DNA from: Camelus ferus
Taxonomy: Eukaryota
DNA: 64,000 bases
Reading direction: 5' to 3'
Assembly (NCBI RefSeq): GCF_009834535.1
Contig: NC_045697.1
Span: forward strand, 54,872,001-54,936,000
Below, piece after piece: positions 1 through 13,055 of the stretch; within the stretch, counting starts at the first letter, position 1, and each line of letters starts with the position of its first letter. The notes beneath the pieces were generated by a model. It was not told the origin of the DNA and searched no databases. It saw only the letters and a list, made by a program, of their open reading frames with translations. A program made the translations under genes and the position numbers.

Positions 1-649
1 CTCCACATTAAATACTTCAAGAATTATGACTTCTTGACAGTGGCTCAGTGTCTCAACTGTACATGCGTTGCACACCACTCAATTGTCGCCCTCCAGATTA
101 GTCCTCTTGGAGTTGTGCCTGTTTTCCTACATATTCATAGATGCCTTTAAAAGACAACTTACAGAGACAAAAAAATACATAAGTCAGGAAACTGTACCAT
201 GGCAAAGAATGTCCCTCATCATTATTGAGAACACCTACCACTAGCCAAGTATATACTGCACTTTCCAAGGGGAAAGATAGTTAAAAGTAATTTGAGGTAG
301 TTTGCATTTTAGAAGAAAAACATGTTAATTATATAATTTGGAGTATCTATTTTGAAAAGGAAGTATCTGGGTTAAAATTTTGTGTTATGTTTTATTGGGC
401 TATTTTCTCCAAAATTTTCATGTTGGAAGAATTCTCTCATCCATATCCCTTTTTCAGATGGATCAAATATTATAATTAATTTTTTTAGATCCTAGAACAA
501 TTTTGTTCCTAGGTTGGAAAATAATCTAAGGAATATAAGTTGCACCTAAATTATCAACGTGGACATTGAACCATCTCCAAGTCTTTTTAGAAATGGAAAC
601 ACACACTGCCAAGGTTAGAATAATTCTTTATGAGTATTTTGGCTGTATC

Positions 650-1330
650 ATCAAAGTGGCATTTGAATCTCCTTTACAACTTTCCCATCAAGTGGTTGTT
701 CATTCCAAGTAATACACCTGCAGAAAAGACAGACTCCACCTCCTAAGGCAGCCTCATTCCATCTTTCAGAGACTCTGTTAAATACTTTTCTTACGTTGGT
801 AGAAATCAGTCTCCTTGTAGCATCCAGTTTCTGGACTGGACTTACCCTCTCTCTTTGGATATTTAGATTAAGGAGAACAATTGCCTATGAGAGTTCTCCA
901 ACTATGTGAAGATGATTATCCTATTTCATCTAAGTCTGTCATTTAAAAAAAATTAAGATTCTCATTTCCCTTAGCCATTCTCCCATGTTGTGGTTTTAGG
1001 TCCTGTTATCATCAAAACTGCCTTGCTCTGTGCTAACCTGATTATGGTCCATTGTCTCTAGATTTGTAGAACACATTGACAAAAGTTGAACACAATTCCA
1101 GAAAAGATCTGACCAGATGTGAGCAGAGCAGGGTAATCTTTTCTTCCCTGCAAGCTGCATCTCTTTTAAATTTCTTCTTGCTATGTTCAGTTGCAAAAGA
1201 TAGCATGTATATTTTGTCATGTTCATTGTGCCATCTCATATATTCCCTCTTACTACCAGCTTTGTGTCATCAACAAATTTGACAGCAACAGCAGAGTTGC
1301 ATGTATTTCCATAAGGATATTAACAATGAA
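650..1330 (-). mobile_element. CR1/L3 LINE remnant (RT C-terminal region and 3' end)
   Basis: The minus strand at 1255-1280 reads KFVDDTKLV (CR1 KFADDTKL motif). Around 1080-1140, overlapping frames give LCSHLVRS / WNCVQL, a degenerate form of CR1 LYSALVRPHLEYCVQFW. Boundaries approximate. Confidence 0.75.
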
Positions 1331-2089
1331 TTTTCTTCATTTTAATGATTATAAAGTTGATTTGCTGGAAATGGTCCTTTACAGAGAAACTTCTCAGTCA
1401 TTGCTGATTATGCTTAGCAAGTGAAGGATTGAGAACATTAACACTGCATCTCAGCTCCCTCTGGTGTACACAACCGTCTCAGATATCCTTCAATAGTCTG
1501 AATTGCTGAGTAGAGTAATATGTATTATTGATAGAGTGTAAAGGGACGTGGCTTACTGTAATCCTCCTTTTAAATATGGTACTTGGATAGCCACGGATTA
1601 TAATACTCCTTTTGGGATTTTAACTATTTGTGGAACTCTGAGGCTCTCTTTCTCTTCATTGTGACAATCCATGATGACTTAGGAAACTTGTACTATGAAT
1701 ACTGAAGATATTTAGGAAATAAATTGCACAGACCCAGTGTAAAAACTATGATGATTGATTGTCTAAACTGGCACTGTTAAAAAAAACCCACTGGCTAACA
1801 CAATCTTTACTATATATAATAAGCAGTAATGAAACATCTTGGATTTTATTTTTCTAATTCTACTAGAATTATAAATCCTAACTTAATGCTTGCCTGTGAT
1901 TCAGTTTTTCAAAACGGGCACAGATTAAACAAAATAAAAAAACTTAGCTCTCATAACAATTTTTATTATAAATATTTATTGAGGGCCTATTATATTATAG
2001 ACACTATGCAAAGTAGTTTACATAGGTTAATATTAATATACTTTGTGATAAACCTCTAAGCTAATTCTTTTGATGTCTAGTCTATATTT

Positions 2090-2443
2090 CAGGGGTCAGC
2101 AAACTGTGGCTTGATGTGGTCAGATCTCATATATTTGGCTTGTAGGCCAAAAATAACCTTTGTGTGAACAAATTTTGCATCCAGCGAGTTTAGAGTGGTT
2201 TTTATGTTTTTAAATGGCTGGGAAAAAAGAACAGTAATGGTTTCATGACCTGTTAAAATTATATGAAATTAAAATTTACATAAGTAAAATATTTTTGGAA
2301 CATGGCTACACTTATTTATTTGTTATCTATGGCTACTTTCTTGCTGCAAGGGAAGAACTGAGTAGTTGCAATAGAGAGCATTTAATATGTAAGGTCCAAA
2401 TATTTACTATCTAGCTCTACAGAAAATAGTCTGCCAACCCCTC
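2090..2443 (+). mobile_element. hAT-Charlie MITE, MER58-like
   Basis: Terminal inverted repeats CAGGGGTCAGCAAAC ... GTCTGCCAACCCCT; about 350 bp long. Confidence 0.75.
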
Positions 2444-2640
2444 CTATAGCTCATGAAAGAGGCTTTATTCAAGAAACCTTACATTCATTAAAATAATTTG
2501 TCTGCTGACTGATTTCTTTTATATTCTAAGTAATTCTATAATGGAATATCAATTAAATATTAATATATGTAGAGAGTTGGAAATAGGAAAACAAACTTCA
2601 CTTTTTAAACAAATTTTAAATCTGAGAATTTACAGGTATT

Positions 2641-2661
2641 TGTGTGTGTGTGTGTGTGTGT
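2641..2661. repeat. (TG)n microsatellite
   Basis: Direct reading. Confidence 0.95.
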
Positions 2662-3765
2662 ACGTACAATTAGAAATAAGTATATATTGATAGAAAGAGA
2701 AGCATCTGGAATTTGTAAGAAATAAAGTGGAGATAGAATGGACAGATGTGAACGTTTAAGTCTATACTCGCTAAGATTTCATGGTTAGTTACTGTCTGCA
2801 GCAGGAATGCTTCTTGTTCTTCTCTGGATCTGTGCTTTCCCATTTTGGAACCTCAGTGATTCAACCTCTGTAATATAGCATTGAAAATGTCTTTTGAGAG
2901 GGAACATATAGGGATTCTTAGGAATGACTGGCTCCTGTGTTAGTGAAGTAGTGATCTGAATTAAATGTGATAATCCATGTGAAGTGCCTTTCAGAAACCC
3001 TGGAAGAAAGTCAGTAAAATACGGCCATCACTATAGCTTCAGAAAATACTAGTTGGAATATCTGTAATCATCAGAGTAATCTCAGAAATCTAGACATTTT
3101 GAGGCAGTCTTTCAGGTCTTCAGCATGTCTTACTGCATGTTGAGCCAGATGAGGAGGATTCAAGATGATTAAAGCAAGGAGAAATTATTTTTATTGGAAA
3201 ACACTGATTAAATATAATTTTCCCTTATAAAAGCTACCAACAATTAAAAGGTAGACATAAACATACAACATACTCCTTCCTTCTACACTTACTCTCTGGA
3301 GCCAGGAAGGATTATGAAAGAGAAAATTCTTCTTTAGAATTCTTCATATAGAAGCCAGGAGTTGGAAGGAAGCTTCTTTATCAATGGGCATGATTCCCTC
3401 ACCTTAGGGATGAAGAAACTGACCCAGATAAATTAAGATAATCTACCCAAAGCAGAGTCAGAGGTAGCATTCACTGGGCTCTGGATTCTTCTATTATGCC
3501 ACCATGCCATTCTCTTCCAAATTCAAAGTTTGGAAAATTTACTTCTTATGAAGGGTGAACCTCATTTATCCCTTTTCTTTCAAGTTTCCCTCCAACGGTA
3601 TTTCTTAATTGCCATAGGTAAGCCATTTTAGAACCTCTAAGCCTTAGCTAGCTTGCATTGCAGATTTGTTCACACCATGATATCTGTCTCAGAGCTTTTC
3701 CTGCCATGTAGAGTCCTTGATAAGCCTAACTCTGGAGCAATAATACAGAAGGATTTATTTGTATT

Positions 3766-4070
3766 GGGGAATGCAAACTCAAATGCCAAGAGGTACCAGA
3801 CAAGTAATGGCTGTTTATAAATTAGTGAAGGAGTGGGAAATGAAAGACAAGAGGGAGTTGTGGGGAATGTTTTCTAGCTGACTAGAAAAGAAATGGCTAA
3901 CCAAAGGGGCAGCTGTTACTTAGCGGATCTGATTGTTACCATGCAGGTATGCCATTCCGAATTTAAGTCCTCTGATAATTCAAAGAAATTATGTATATAG
4001 AAATGCCCTGATTTCCTTATTACTGTGTAGGTCAGGCAGAACAAATCTGTGGCCTAGTTTGGACTTTCAG
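3766..4070 (+). mobile_element. hAT-Charlie element, MER102-like
   Basis: Starts GGGGAATGCAAACTCAAATGCC...CCAGACAAGTAA, resembling the MER102 5' end; degenerate right end near 4030-4070. Confidence 0.5.
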
Positions 4071-6129
4071 GAAGGATCTTAGAGATGAAAATCTGACATT
4101 GCCAGAAAAAAAAAAGTCAGAGTTTTACATCCATTTCGGGTTGTAGGGTTTACAGTTTAATATTTTATGATTTTTCTTCTTTTTTGTCATTCTGGGAACA
4201 AGAGCATGCTATAATTAGCCTGTAGATTCAGTGTGGCTTTTGTGGCAGAAACATTAGATTGCATCAAACAGCTCTGCTTTTGTTTTCTGCTTGAAAAAAC
4301 TGACACTTGTTATGGTTACGCTCACTGTGTGAGCCATCCCCTGTTGACTTCTGGACAATCACTATAAATCTCTATTATTCTGCTGTTATTGTCTTGTTAT
4401 ACTAGCGCTGTTGAGGCATCTTCTCAAGGGAAGTGAGCCCAGGTGTGTACATACAGAGCAAGAATGCTCTCCTTTAAACACATAAATAGCTATTTTATTT
4501 GGCATGACACACATAAATGTTAGTGTAGCCAAAGGAATCTTGAACAGTTATTTGCATTGCAGATATTTCGAGAAATGGAGCACAGGTATCAGAGCTCAAT
4601 CTGCTAGCCATTTGAGTTTCATTAGATCAGAGAGTAATCCATCTTTTATTTTTTCCCTTATAATAAGAGTTGAAAGAGTTGAAATGCAGGCCCTTAAAAT
4701 TGGGCTCCAAGGCATAAGAATTTCTCATAAAAAAGAATATATTCTTGTTCCCCCATGAAATTCAGCTATATAGACCTCCTTTTATGGGCACTCTTTCTTT
4801 ATGGCCTTGTTCAGATCAAATGTGCAGAGTTAAGCTCTTTCTAGTGCTATGCATTTCATTGTTTTGGTATCAAACTGTTGGAAGACTGGAACAGTGCTTT
4901 CTCAGATATCTGGACATGATGGCTTGAAGTATCCTGAAAACATTATGCTAACTCTGTCAGTTGAATGTGTAAATAGGCTACCCTGATTTCTGGTACTTGC
5001 CAATTAATGCGATGGCTAAAAAATTATATAAAACATAGAATGCAGATAGGAGTTTGCATTTTGGGAACATGAATGGAATTTGGGAAATGTTTAATAAAAG
5101 CTGGAAACTCAGTGTCATAAGTTAAATCTGAGAGTAGAATAAGAAAGAAAGCAAACATTTTTGAGTAATTCTCTATTTATTTATTTATTTTTAAGCTAAT
5201 CAGATTTTGGTTAATGGAATCCTTGTTGAATTTCTGGCTTCTTTTCTGTCTGAATTTTATTATTTTCTGAATTTACTAAAACAAAAAAGGATGTGACATT
5301 GCCCATATGCTTAAAACTTTTGGGGAGACGTTATAATAAACTGGAATTCCTCCCTCTACCACTGTAATACAATCTCCAAGCTCTTTTACATAAATATGAG
5401 TAAAAACTATCTGAACATGCAGATAGTTCTTTTTATTTTATGAAAAACAGAATTACCCTGTTTAAATTATTCTGCTCTTATTTAACAATGTAAAATGGAG
5501 AGTGTTCTCAATTAACATGTAGAGATATGCCTCGCTAATGATGGTATTTTATTTTTTAACATAACTGTGGCAAAGTAAGGAACTCTGACCCAGGCTGCTT
5601 GGTGATATGAACTGATGTGCATCCTCTCCAAACCCTGAATCAAAAGAAATGATAAAAATCAGTAATTCTCTGAACCAAAAGACTCTTCATTTTGTTAGAG
5701 ATGCCAGGACGATGGAAATTTGGGCCCTCTGACCCTTTACCATGGGGAGCAAAGAGGATCCACTGGGAACTTTCTGCACTCACACAGGTTTAAAGAGGGA
5801 GGGTAAAAGTGTACAGAAACAGAAATGTTAGGAAGCATATTGGTAGGATAATTTTAGTTGTGGGTGTTATAAAAAAATGTAAATAGGGTGGTGTTATGGA
5901 GGGCGGAGAGGTTTTTTTGGTTTTTTTTTTTTTTAATTGCTTGTAAAGGGAAGGACCAGTAGAGAAAGAGACACTAACGTTGAATTCTGATCAATAAGAA
6001 GAAGCCAGTCATGGGCATTTCAGATCATTCCATGCAAGGAGTAAAGCAAGTGCACATCCTAATATTAAGCAAAAATCCTAGGTACATTATTAGTGAATAA
6101 TATCTCACAATGTATTAATGTATTATTAA

Positions 6130-7130
6130 GATCATAGCATGTAATGCTATGCAATGATTTAATTAGGAAATTTTTGAATGTGATTCATTACAATAGTAAT
6201 TTCTTGAAAGCATCCAGAGGAAAACTAACTTCATTATATATAAAAGAATAACAAAATATAACTTCATTATATATAAAAGAATGACAGCTTAAATGAGATC
6301 TGACTTCAATAACAGCAGTGGAAGTCAGATGATAGTGGAATGGTATATAACCCAAATAGGAAGGGATACATCTGTTAATCTAGGGTTCTACACTGAACAA
6401 AATCTTATTTTTCCAAACTAAGTGAAATATTTTTTCAGGCAAAGAAAAACTGAAATTTTTCTACAATAGATTTTAACTCAAGGAATGTCTAAAAAGTCTC
6501 TAAGAAGAGGGAAAATGATCAATGTGGAAAGATCTGAAATTCAAGAACATTTGGTAGACAAAACAATGGCAAACCTGTGGGAAAATCTAAATAGTAACAC
6601 TACTGTCTAATTTGTGATGGTAAAAATCTCAAGGCAGAAATAAAATATTATCCAATAGTTTCTTACAAACAAGGAAGGAGTATAGTTATTGGAATCAAGC
6701 ATTGTATTATTCAGAAGGATAATAAAAATATTATATGTTTAGAACTGGTGAGATTAAATAAGCATGCTAAAATTTCTGGGGAAACAACCAAAAGGAAAGA
6801 ATTGTTACAATATACTTAAAATGAGTAGAGGAAAAAAATCAAATGGAGGTAAAACCAAATTAATACAAAAGAAGACGGAGTGAATGAATGAAAGGGAGAA
6901 AAGAAGAATGAAAAATAAAGAAGAAGGAAAGAACGTAAGGAAGGAAGAAAAGAAAATAGATAAAGTGGGGAAAAGAACAAATACAGATTACAAAATAAGA
7001 TGGTAGCAGTAAATCCAAATTTGTAATCAAGATGAATGGAATAAACTTTTCATCTAAAGACTGATGATCAGGTTAAATGTAAACACTAAAATAGAGTTAC
7101 ATCCTGTTTATTAGATTTGCATCTAAAAAA
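6130..7130 (+). mobile_element. Ancient L1 fragment (ORF1 end, spacer, ORF2 start)
   Basis: A-rich degenerate L1-like sequence, e.g. ATAAGATGGTAGCAGTAAATCCAAAT near 7000, resembling the start of the ORF2 endonuclease region. Confidence 0.55.
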
Positions 7131-7149
7131 CAACACTTAAAAACTGTCT

Positions 7150-7715
7150 CAACATGTCATTCCATTTTTCAGAACCCCAAGATGTCTCTCCAAGTTACAC
7201 ATAGTTAATGCCAACACTTTACAATGGCTTTCAAGGTCTTACATGACCTGACCCTTCAGCTCTAGATTTCTCTCTCTTGCTCACTCTGCTCCAACCCCAT
7301 TGGCCACTCTGCTATTTCTAAAATTCACCAGGCACAGGACAGCCTTAAAGATTTTGCTCTAGCTGTTCTCTCTGCTTGGACTGTTCTATCCCCAGATATC
7401 TGCTTAGCTAACATCCTCATTTTCTGAGTGTCTGCTCAAATTTTACATTTTCAGTGAGGCCTACCCAGACTACCCTATTTATTCATGTAAATTACTCCCT
7501 TTTACCCACATCCTATTTTCTTATCCTGTTGTGATAATTATTGGTACTTAAACTAATATGCTATGTAATTTAACTTCAAAAATTGGTTGCCTATTGTTTG
7601 TTTTTCTCCTTTAGAAAATAAACTCCAGGAGAGAAAGAATCTTTCTCTACTTTATTCACAAATGCATAGGACTAGGCCTGGCACATAGTAGGCGCTTGAT
7701 AAATATTTATTGAAG
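7150..7715 (+). mobile_element. L2 LINE 3' end
   Basis: Ends in the L2 terminus GCCTGGCACATAGTAGGCGCTTGATAAATATTTATTGAA. Confidence 0.75.
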
Positions 7716-8162
7716 GAAGAAAAGAATGCTGTTTTTACTCCTGTTTTATAACACAACATCTGACACTAGCAAACTCTTTAATACATTTTTGTTGAATGAA
7801 TAGTCGTTGAATAAGCATTCTGTTTCATATTCTAGAATGTGCTGAGGATCAGAGGGTAGAAGGAAGGAACAGGAAGGAGGCAGAGACAGATGAACCTTTT
7901 TTGCTTTCTGCCAGATGAGATGGTTGATCCGCAGGTCCCCAGTTTCCCCCCCCCCAGCACTAATGATCATCTCTTCTCTCACTGATGATCCTTACAGCAG
8001 GATCTATACTATACAGCTTCAAAGTCAACAAGTGTATCATAAATGACAGTTTGGAGAACTATAACCTAACTAATGATGCAGGAACAATCAGTCTGCAAGT
8101 CCTAATAGGAAAATCTGACATGAAGAATTAGGCTTGCAGTCTGACTTACAGATAAAATCTTC

Positions 8163-8564
8163 TGCTGTGGGCTGATTTGTGACCACCTCCTCCCCACCTT
8201 GCCCAATCATATGTTGAAGCCCTAGCTTCCAGTGTGACTCTATTTAGAGATAGGGCCTGTGAGGCAGTGATAAAGATTTGAGGTCAAATAAGGTAAAAAT
8301 GATGGGGTTCTAATATGATATGATTAGTGTCCTTATGAGAAGAGATAACTAGAGTGTACTCCCTACCCCACCCCCTTCTGCCATGTGACAACACAGGGAG
8401 AAGGCAGCTGTCTGCAAGCCAGGAAGAGTTCTCATCAGGAACTTAAGCAGGTCACACCTTGGTCTTGAGCTTTCCAGCCTCCATAACTGTGAGAAAATAA
8501 ATGTCTGTTGTTCAAGCCACACCGTCTGTGGTATGGTATGGTAGCCCAAAGCTTTCTAAGATAC
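8163..8564 (+). mobile_element. MaLR solo LTR (MLT1A/B-like)
   Basis: TGCTGTGGGCTGA start; ATATGTTGAAGCCCTA; CCAGCCTCCATAACTGTGAGAAAATAAATGTCTGTTGTTCAAGCCAC near the end. Confidence 0.8.
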
Positions 8565-9483
8565 CTTGCTGAGGTCTTAATCCCTGAATACATTGAAAAA
8601 GAAAATTCTGAAAGACTATACTAACATAATTTATAAGCAGTTTAACCTAATTTTTTTACTTTAACATGTTCAATATAGAAGTGAATGAAAAAAATGCTTC
8701 CTTTTATAATTTAGCCATCTCTCATGAGTCAGAGGTTTCAACTGCAATTGGTAAAATAAGCACATCCCAGACCCATCTGTGGTGATAGGAGATTGAACAG
8801 GAGAGATAACAGGGATAGGAAATTCTGTAGTTTATAAAGACACTCAATGATGTAATACCTGAGAGAATTTTGTAGCTGAAATTTTATGTAGCATTTCACC
8901 AAGAATGTGTGAGGCATTTTAAAAAATGCTTTAAATACTTTTAACTAAGTTTATCTACTGTATGTTTCACAGAAAGGGTCATTTAGTTCTAAAGTTGATA
9001 CTTTTCAGAGCTTTAAAAAATTACTATTCTTGGGAAAAATTATTTTACGAGTGCAATCTTACATTTACATTCCAGTCACATTAATTCCAACCCAATTCTT
9101 GCTGATACCAGGTACACATAAAGAATATGTGTAGAAAAGTGTTACAGGAAATAGTTTTACAAAGTTATTTATATTTTTGTTAATTAAAAGAAAGTTTATA
9201 TTGTTCATGATTTTGTAGGCTGTTTTCCACAGGATATCCTAAGTGCTGCATTAAGTCATGCCAGCCATATTTTGCCTTCAATTATGTATGCTCAGGTGAA
9301 TCTTTCTTGATCAAATTTGGTTTGTTTGCCTTTTTCAACTGTATTGTGATTAGTCAGTGCTACATAGAGAATCACAGAACTTTGTGTAACCACTATACAC
9401 TATATAGATGAAGCTTACCTTAATGAAATTGGTGACACTTACAAAGATTGAAACTTTTGGCTTTCACTATCTTTCAGTATTCT

Positions 9484-9892
9484 TGCTATAGGCTGAATTG
9501 TATCCCCGAAAATTCATGTGTTGAAGTTCCAACCCCTAATATGACTGTGTTTGGAGATAAGGCCTGTGATAATGGTTAAATGAGGTCATAATGGTGGGGC
9601 TCTGATATGATTAGTGTCCTTATGAGAAGAGATACCAGAGATCAATCAATCTCTCTCTCTCTCCCTCCCCCTCTCTCCATCTCCTCCATACCCCTCCACC
9701 TCGACACCATGTGAGGACACAGCAAGAAGGTAGCTGTCTGCAAGCCAAAAATAAAGCTCTCACCAGGAGCTGAATCAGCCGGCACCTTGATCTTGAACTT
9801 GTAGCATCTAGAACTGTGAGAAAATAAATTTCTGCTGTTTAAGTCACCCAGTCTGTGGTATTTTGTTATGGCAGCCTGGGTAGACTGATACA
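9484..9892 (+). mobile_element. MaLR solo LTR (MLT1A-like)
   Basis: TGCTATAGGCTGAATTGTATCCCC ... AACTGTGAGAAAATAAATTTCTGCTGTTTAAG ... GACTGATACA. Confidence 0.85.
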
Positions 9893-10396
9893 GTTCCCCT
9901 GTTCTTTTGGCCATTTTTCAAATGAAATATATTTTGTTTAGGGGCCATATCATATACAATAAAACTGACAAATAAAAACAAGAAACAACACAAAGATATA
10001 TGAAAAACTCAGTTTCTGAGATATGTTGATTTATTTCTAAAACTGAAAAATATAATTTACTCCAGAGTAATATTTTTAAGGAAAAAACAGTTAAAGCAAA
10101 GGAAAGACCATGCTTTCTAAACTGGATAGATGAAAATAAAACAAATTTTTGCCGTAGGTCAGAAAACTTCCAACAGAAATGTCATATATAGAATAAGTCT
10201 TCTATTTTTTTCAAATGTGCTTCTCAGTACTACATATAATTAAACACTAATCAGACGCTCAGTGGCAATACAAAATTCAAGAGTATATTAAGAGCTTTTG
10301 ATATATTTAACCCTGACCATATTATACATGAAAGTACTATTCTCTAGGAAAATCCATGTGTTTCTTGAGGACATCCAAGTAAACAGAATGTGAGAG

Positions 10397-10866
10397 TGTG
10401 GTAGTTTGTGTAGAAATGGCCTCAATAATTCCCCTCTCTATATGTATGCTCAGTATTAGTTCTTCACACTTGTACTCTGGGTTGGATGGCGTGACATGCT
10501 TTGATCCATAAGATGATAGCAGATGTAACAGAAGCTGACTTGGGAAGTTACTGGGCTCCCTGGGCTTTCCATCTCCTGCTGTTCTTGGGACCCCTGTGAC
10601 TACAGCATATGTGCACCTGGACTTGCCTGATAGGTGATGAAATTCATGAGGCCAGATCATCTCTGTGACCTCAGCTGATGTCAGAGACATCAGACTGACT
10701 ACTAGACAAGAAAGAGGTCAACTTACATCTTCCTGCTCCAGCTGGGATGACCTAGACCGGAAGTGCACCCAGCTGACTTAGAGAATTGTGAGAAATAATA
10801 AATGTTCATTATTTAAGTTACCAGTTTTGGAGATAGTTTGTTATGAAGCAAATGCTGATTGATACA
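10397..10866 (+). mobile_element. MaLR solo LTR (older MLT1 subfamily)
   Basis: TGTGGTAG start; ends GTGAGAAATAATAAATG...GTTTGTTATGAAGCAAATGCTGATTGATACA. Confidence 0.7.
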
Positions 10867-11079
10867 AAGGGATGGAAAATGAAATCAAAATAGAACAAAG
10901 ATCAAATGAAAACAGCACCACAAAACAACTAAAGATATTTGTTTATACCTCTAGTTTCCAATATTGATCCTATTAGTTCAATATATTATGATGCCCAAAA
11001 TGAAGGAAAAGAAGAACCCAAATCTTTAAGTTCTAAACCTGTCTTAACTGAGGGAAAATTGCTGTATGCACTTAAAGGT

Positions 11080-11270
11080 AATAATACCTATCATTTCTGA
11101 AATGTCTTCTATATGCCAAATACTCTATTCACTTTTTTACATATTTCATATCATGTAGTCCTCATAAATGCTTTGCTGGAGAGATGTTTATAAAGTCATT
11201 TGACAGATGTAGAATCTGAGGCTCAGAGAAGTTTGGAAACTTGCCCTAGGTCACCCAGCTGCTGAGTGAA
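11080..11270 (-). mobile_element. MIR SINE
   Basis: MIR core ACAGATGTAGAATCTGAGGCTCAGAGAAGTTTGGAAACTTGCCCTAGGTCACCCAGCT. Confidence 0.7.
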
Positions 11271-13055
11271 GAAGATGAAAGGTCTGTTCTGACTGCAGCC
11301 TTTTGAGACAACATAATATCTGAAGACCACCAGATCTGTGAATGGCAAGTTAAGAAATTCAGGAATGATTATATGAACAATATCCATTCTAGGCATGGTA
11401 ATGCATTAATGCAATGTGTATGACAGGTTTGCCAGAGACTAAAAAAAAAAAAAATCATCAGTTATAAAATGGAAAACTTCTATTTGATGCAAAAGGTTTT
11501 TAACTGGTTTAAGGGAATTCTACAAAATTAAGTATCAGAATTTTTTTTTTATTGGCAACTATTGATCTCTGACTGTGTCACTCTGTCTCACTAACACTTT
11601 TATTACCTTGTCAGTCAAAGTCCCACCTGCACAAACCAGGGACTGAAAGAATTTGCCATTATTAACAAGACTGTCTGGTGCCCAGGAGCAAAGAAATCAT
11701 GCTGAAAGTGTAAGGATAAATCAGCAGGGATTTAGATAGCTTTCTAGATGCAGAAAGCAATTCAGAAGTTTAAAAAATAGAAGTATTCTAAAGTCATTTA
11801 AAGAAACAGATTTTCTTACTATTTTAAATGTTTAAGACTTTAGTACTAAAAAAAAACTTATTTCAAGCAAGTTGAGTCAAAAACTTGTGTTAGTTTCACC
11901 TGTTTCGGGGGCAGTTTTACTATATAGGTTTGCTGAATTGCACCAATCTCAGGGCAAAAGTAGTATGTAGGCAATAAATGTTCCTTATGGGTATAGCTAA
12001 TTTTATCATTTCCTCTAATAGTGGCCTATTAGAGCAAACACATGAGCAGTTAATTGGTATCCAACAAAGAACTATTTTGGCCTTTATTTGCTGTTTTTTC
12101 TTTATTAGTGATCTTAATCAATACCAACACACAATCCTAGATTCCAATGCCTGCCATTATCTTATAAATATGCTGCATTTAGAATGTTATTATGTGCTAG
12201 GTGTTCAACCAATTAGAGATAAATTCACTCCTCTGGAGCATCCCCTACTTGCCTTAATATTCAGCCATCAATAATTTCATGGTGATTACTTTTCACAGTA
12301 CATAAGCATTTTCAAATGTGTGAGGAGCTAATTTTGTTTGGGTCTTACATTAGCTTAACAAACATTTATTGAACAGATAACCTGTACAAAATACCAATCT
12401 GGGCCCATTAAAGATACTCAGATGAAGATAAGATGACTTTGTTAAGGTACATACACAAACAACCATAATACAGCAGATGTGCTAAATGCCGTAAGAATGG
12501 TGTGCACAAAACATCACAGAATCTAATGAAGTGTCAGGCAGAGTGTCATGGATCGATACATGGATGGGATTGGTGTTGAGTATATTTTGGCAAAAAAAGA
12601 AAATACAGATATAAAAAAGGCCAAGTGAATGTGTTGTGGGTATGTCTAATGAGGTAAAGTTTAGAAAACAAAGATGAGTTCTGGTGCAATGGAGAACATA
12701 TGTATAGGAACACCAGATTCATAAATAAGAACTAAATTTTGCTGGCAGTGGGAAACTCGTAAAGGTTTTGTATCAGAGACTGGCATAATTAAGAGCTATG
12801 CTTTAGGAAAATGAACCTGGTAATGGAATATTGTAGCACATCTCAAGCTGAATTAATGTACAGAACACTTTTAAACTACTGAAGTTCTCTTGGATTCCTA
12901 GTGTGGATTCAAGTTATTTTTAATACTGCATAAATATGTGCAACTGTAAATTAAGTATAAATCCCTATGGTTATAGATCTTATGGCAGTTATAAAAATTT
13001 TAAAATTAAGTACCAACTAAACAGGAAAACTAAGATAATTCAAATTAGTAACATT

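Noticed and set aside
7990..8130. Short open frame after CCTTACAG (GSILYSFKVNKCIIND...)
   Set aside because: No recognisable homology and no convincing splice donor.
8163..9892. Two co-oriented MLT1 LTRs as a single provirus
   Set aside because: The 920-bp interval does not resemble MaLR internal sequence and the outer flanks show no shared TSD; independent solo LTRs are more likely.
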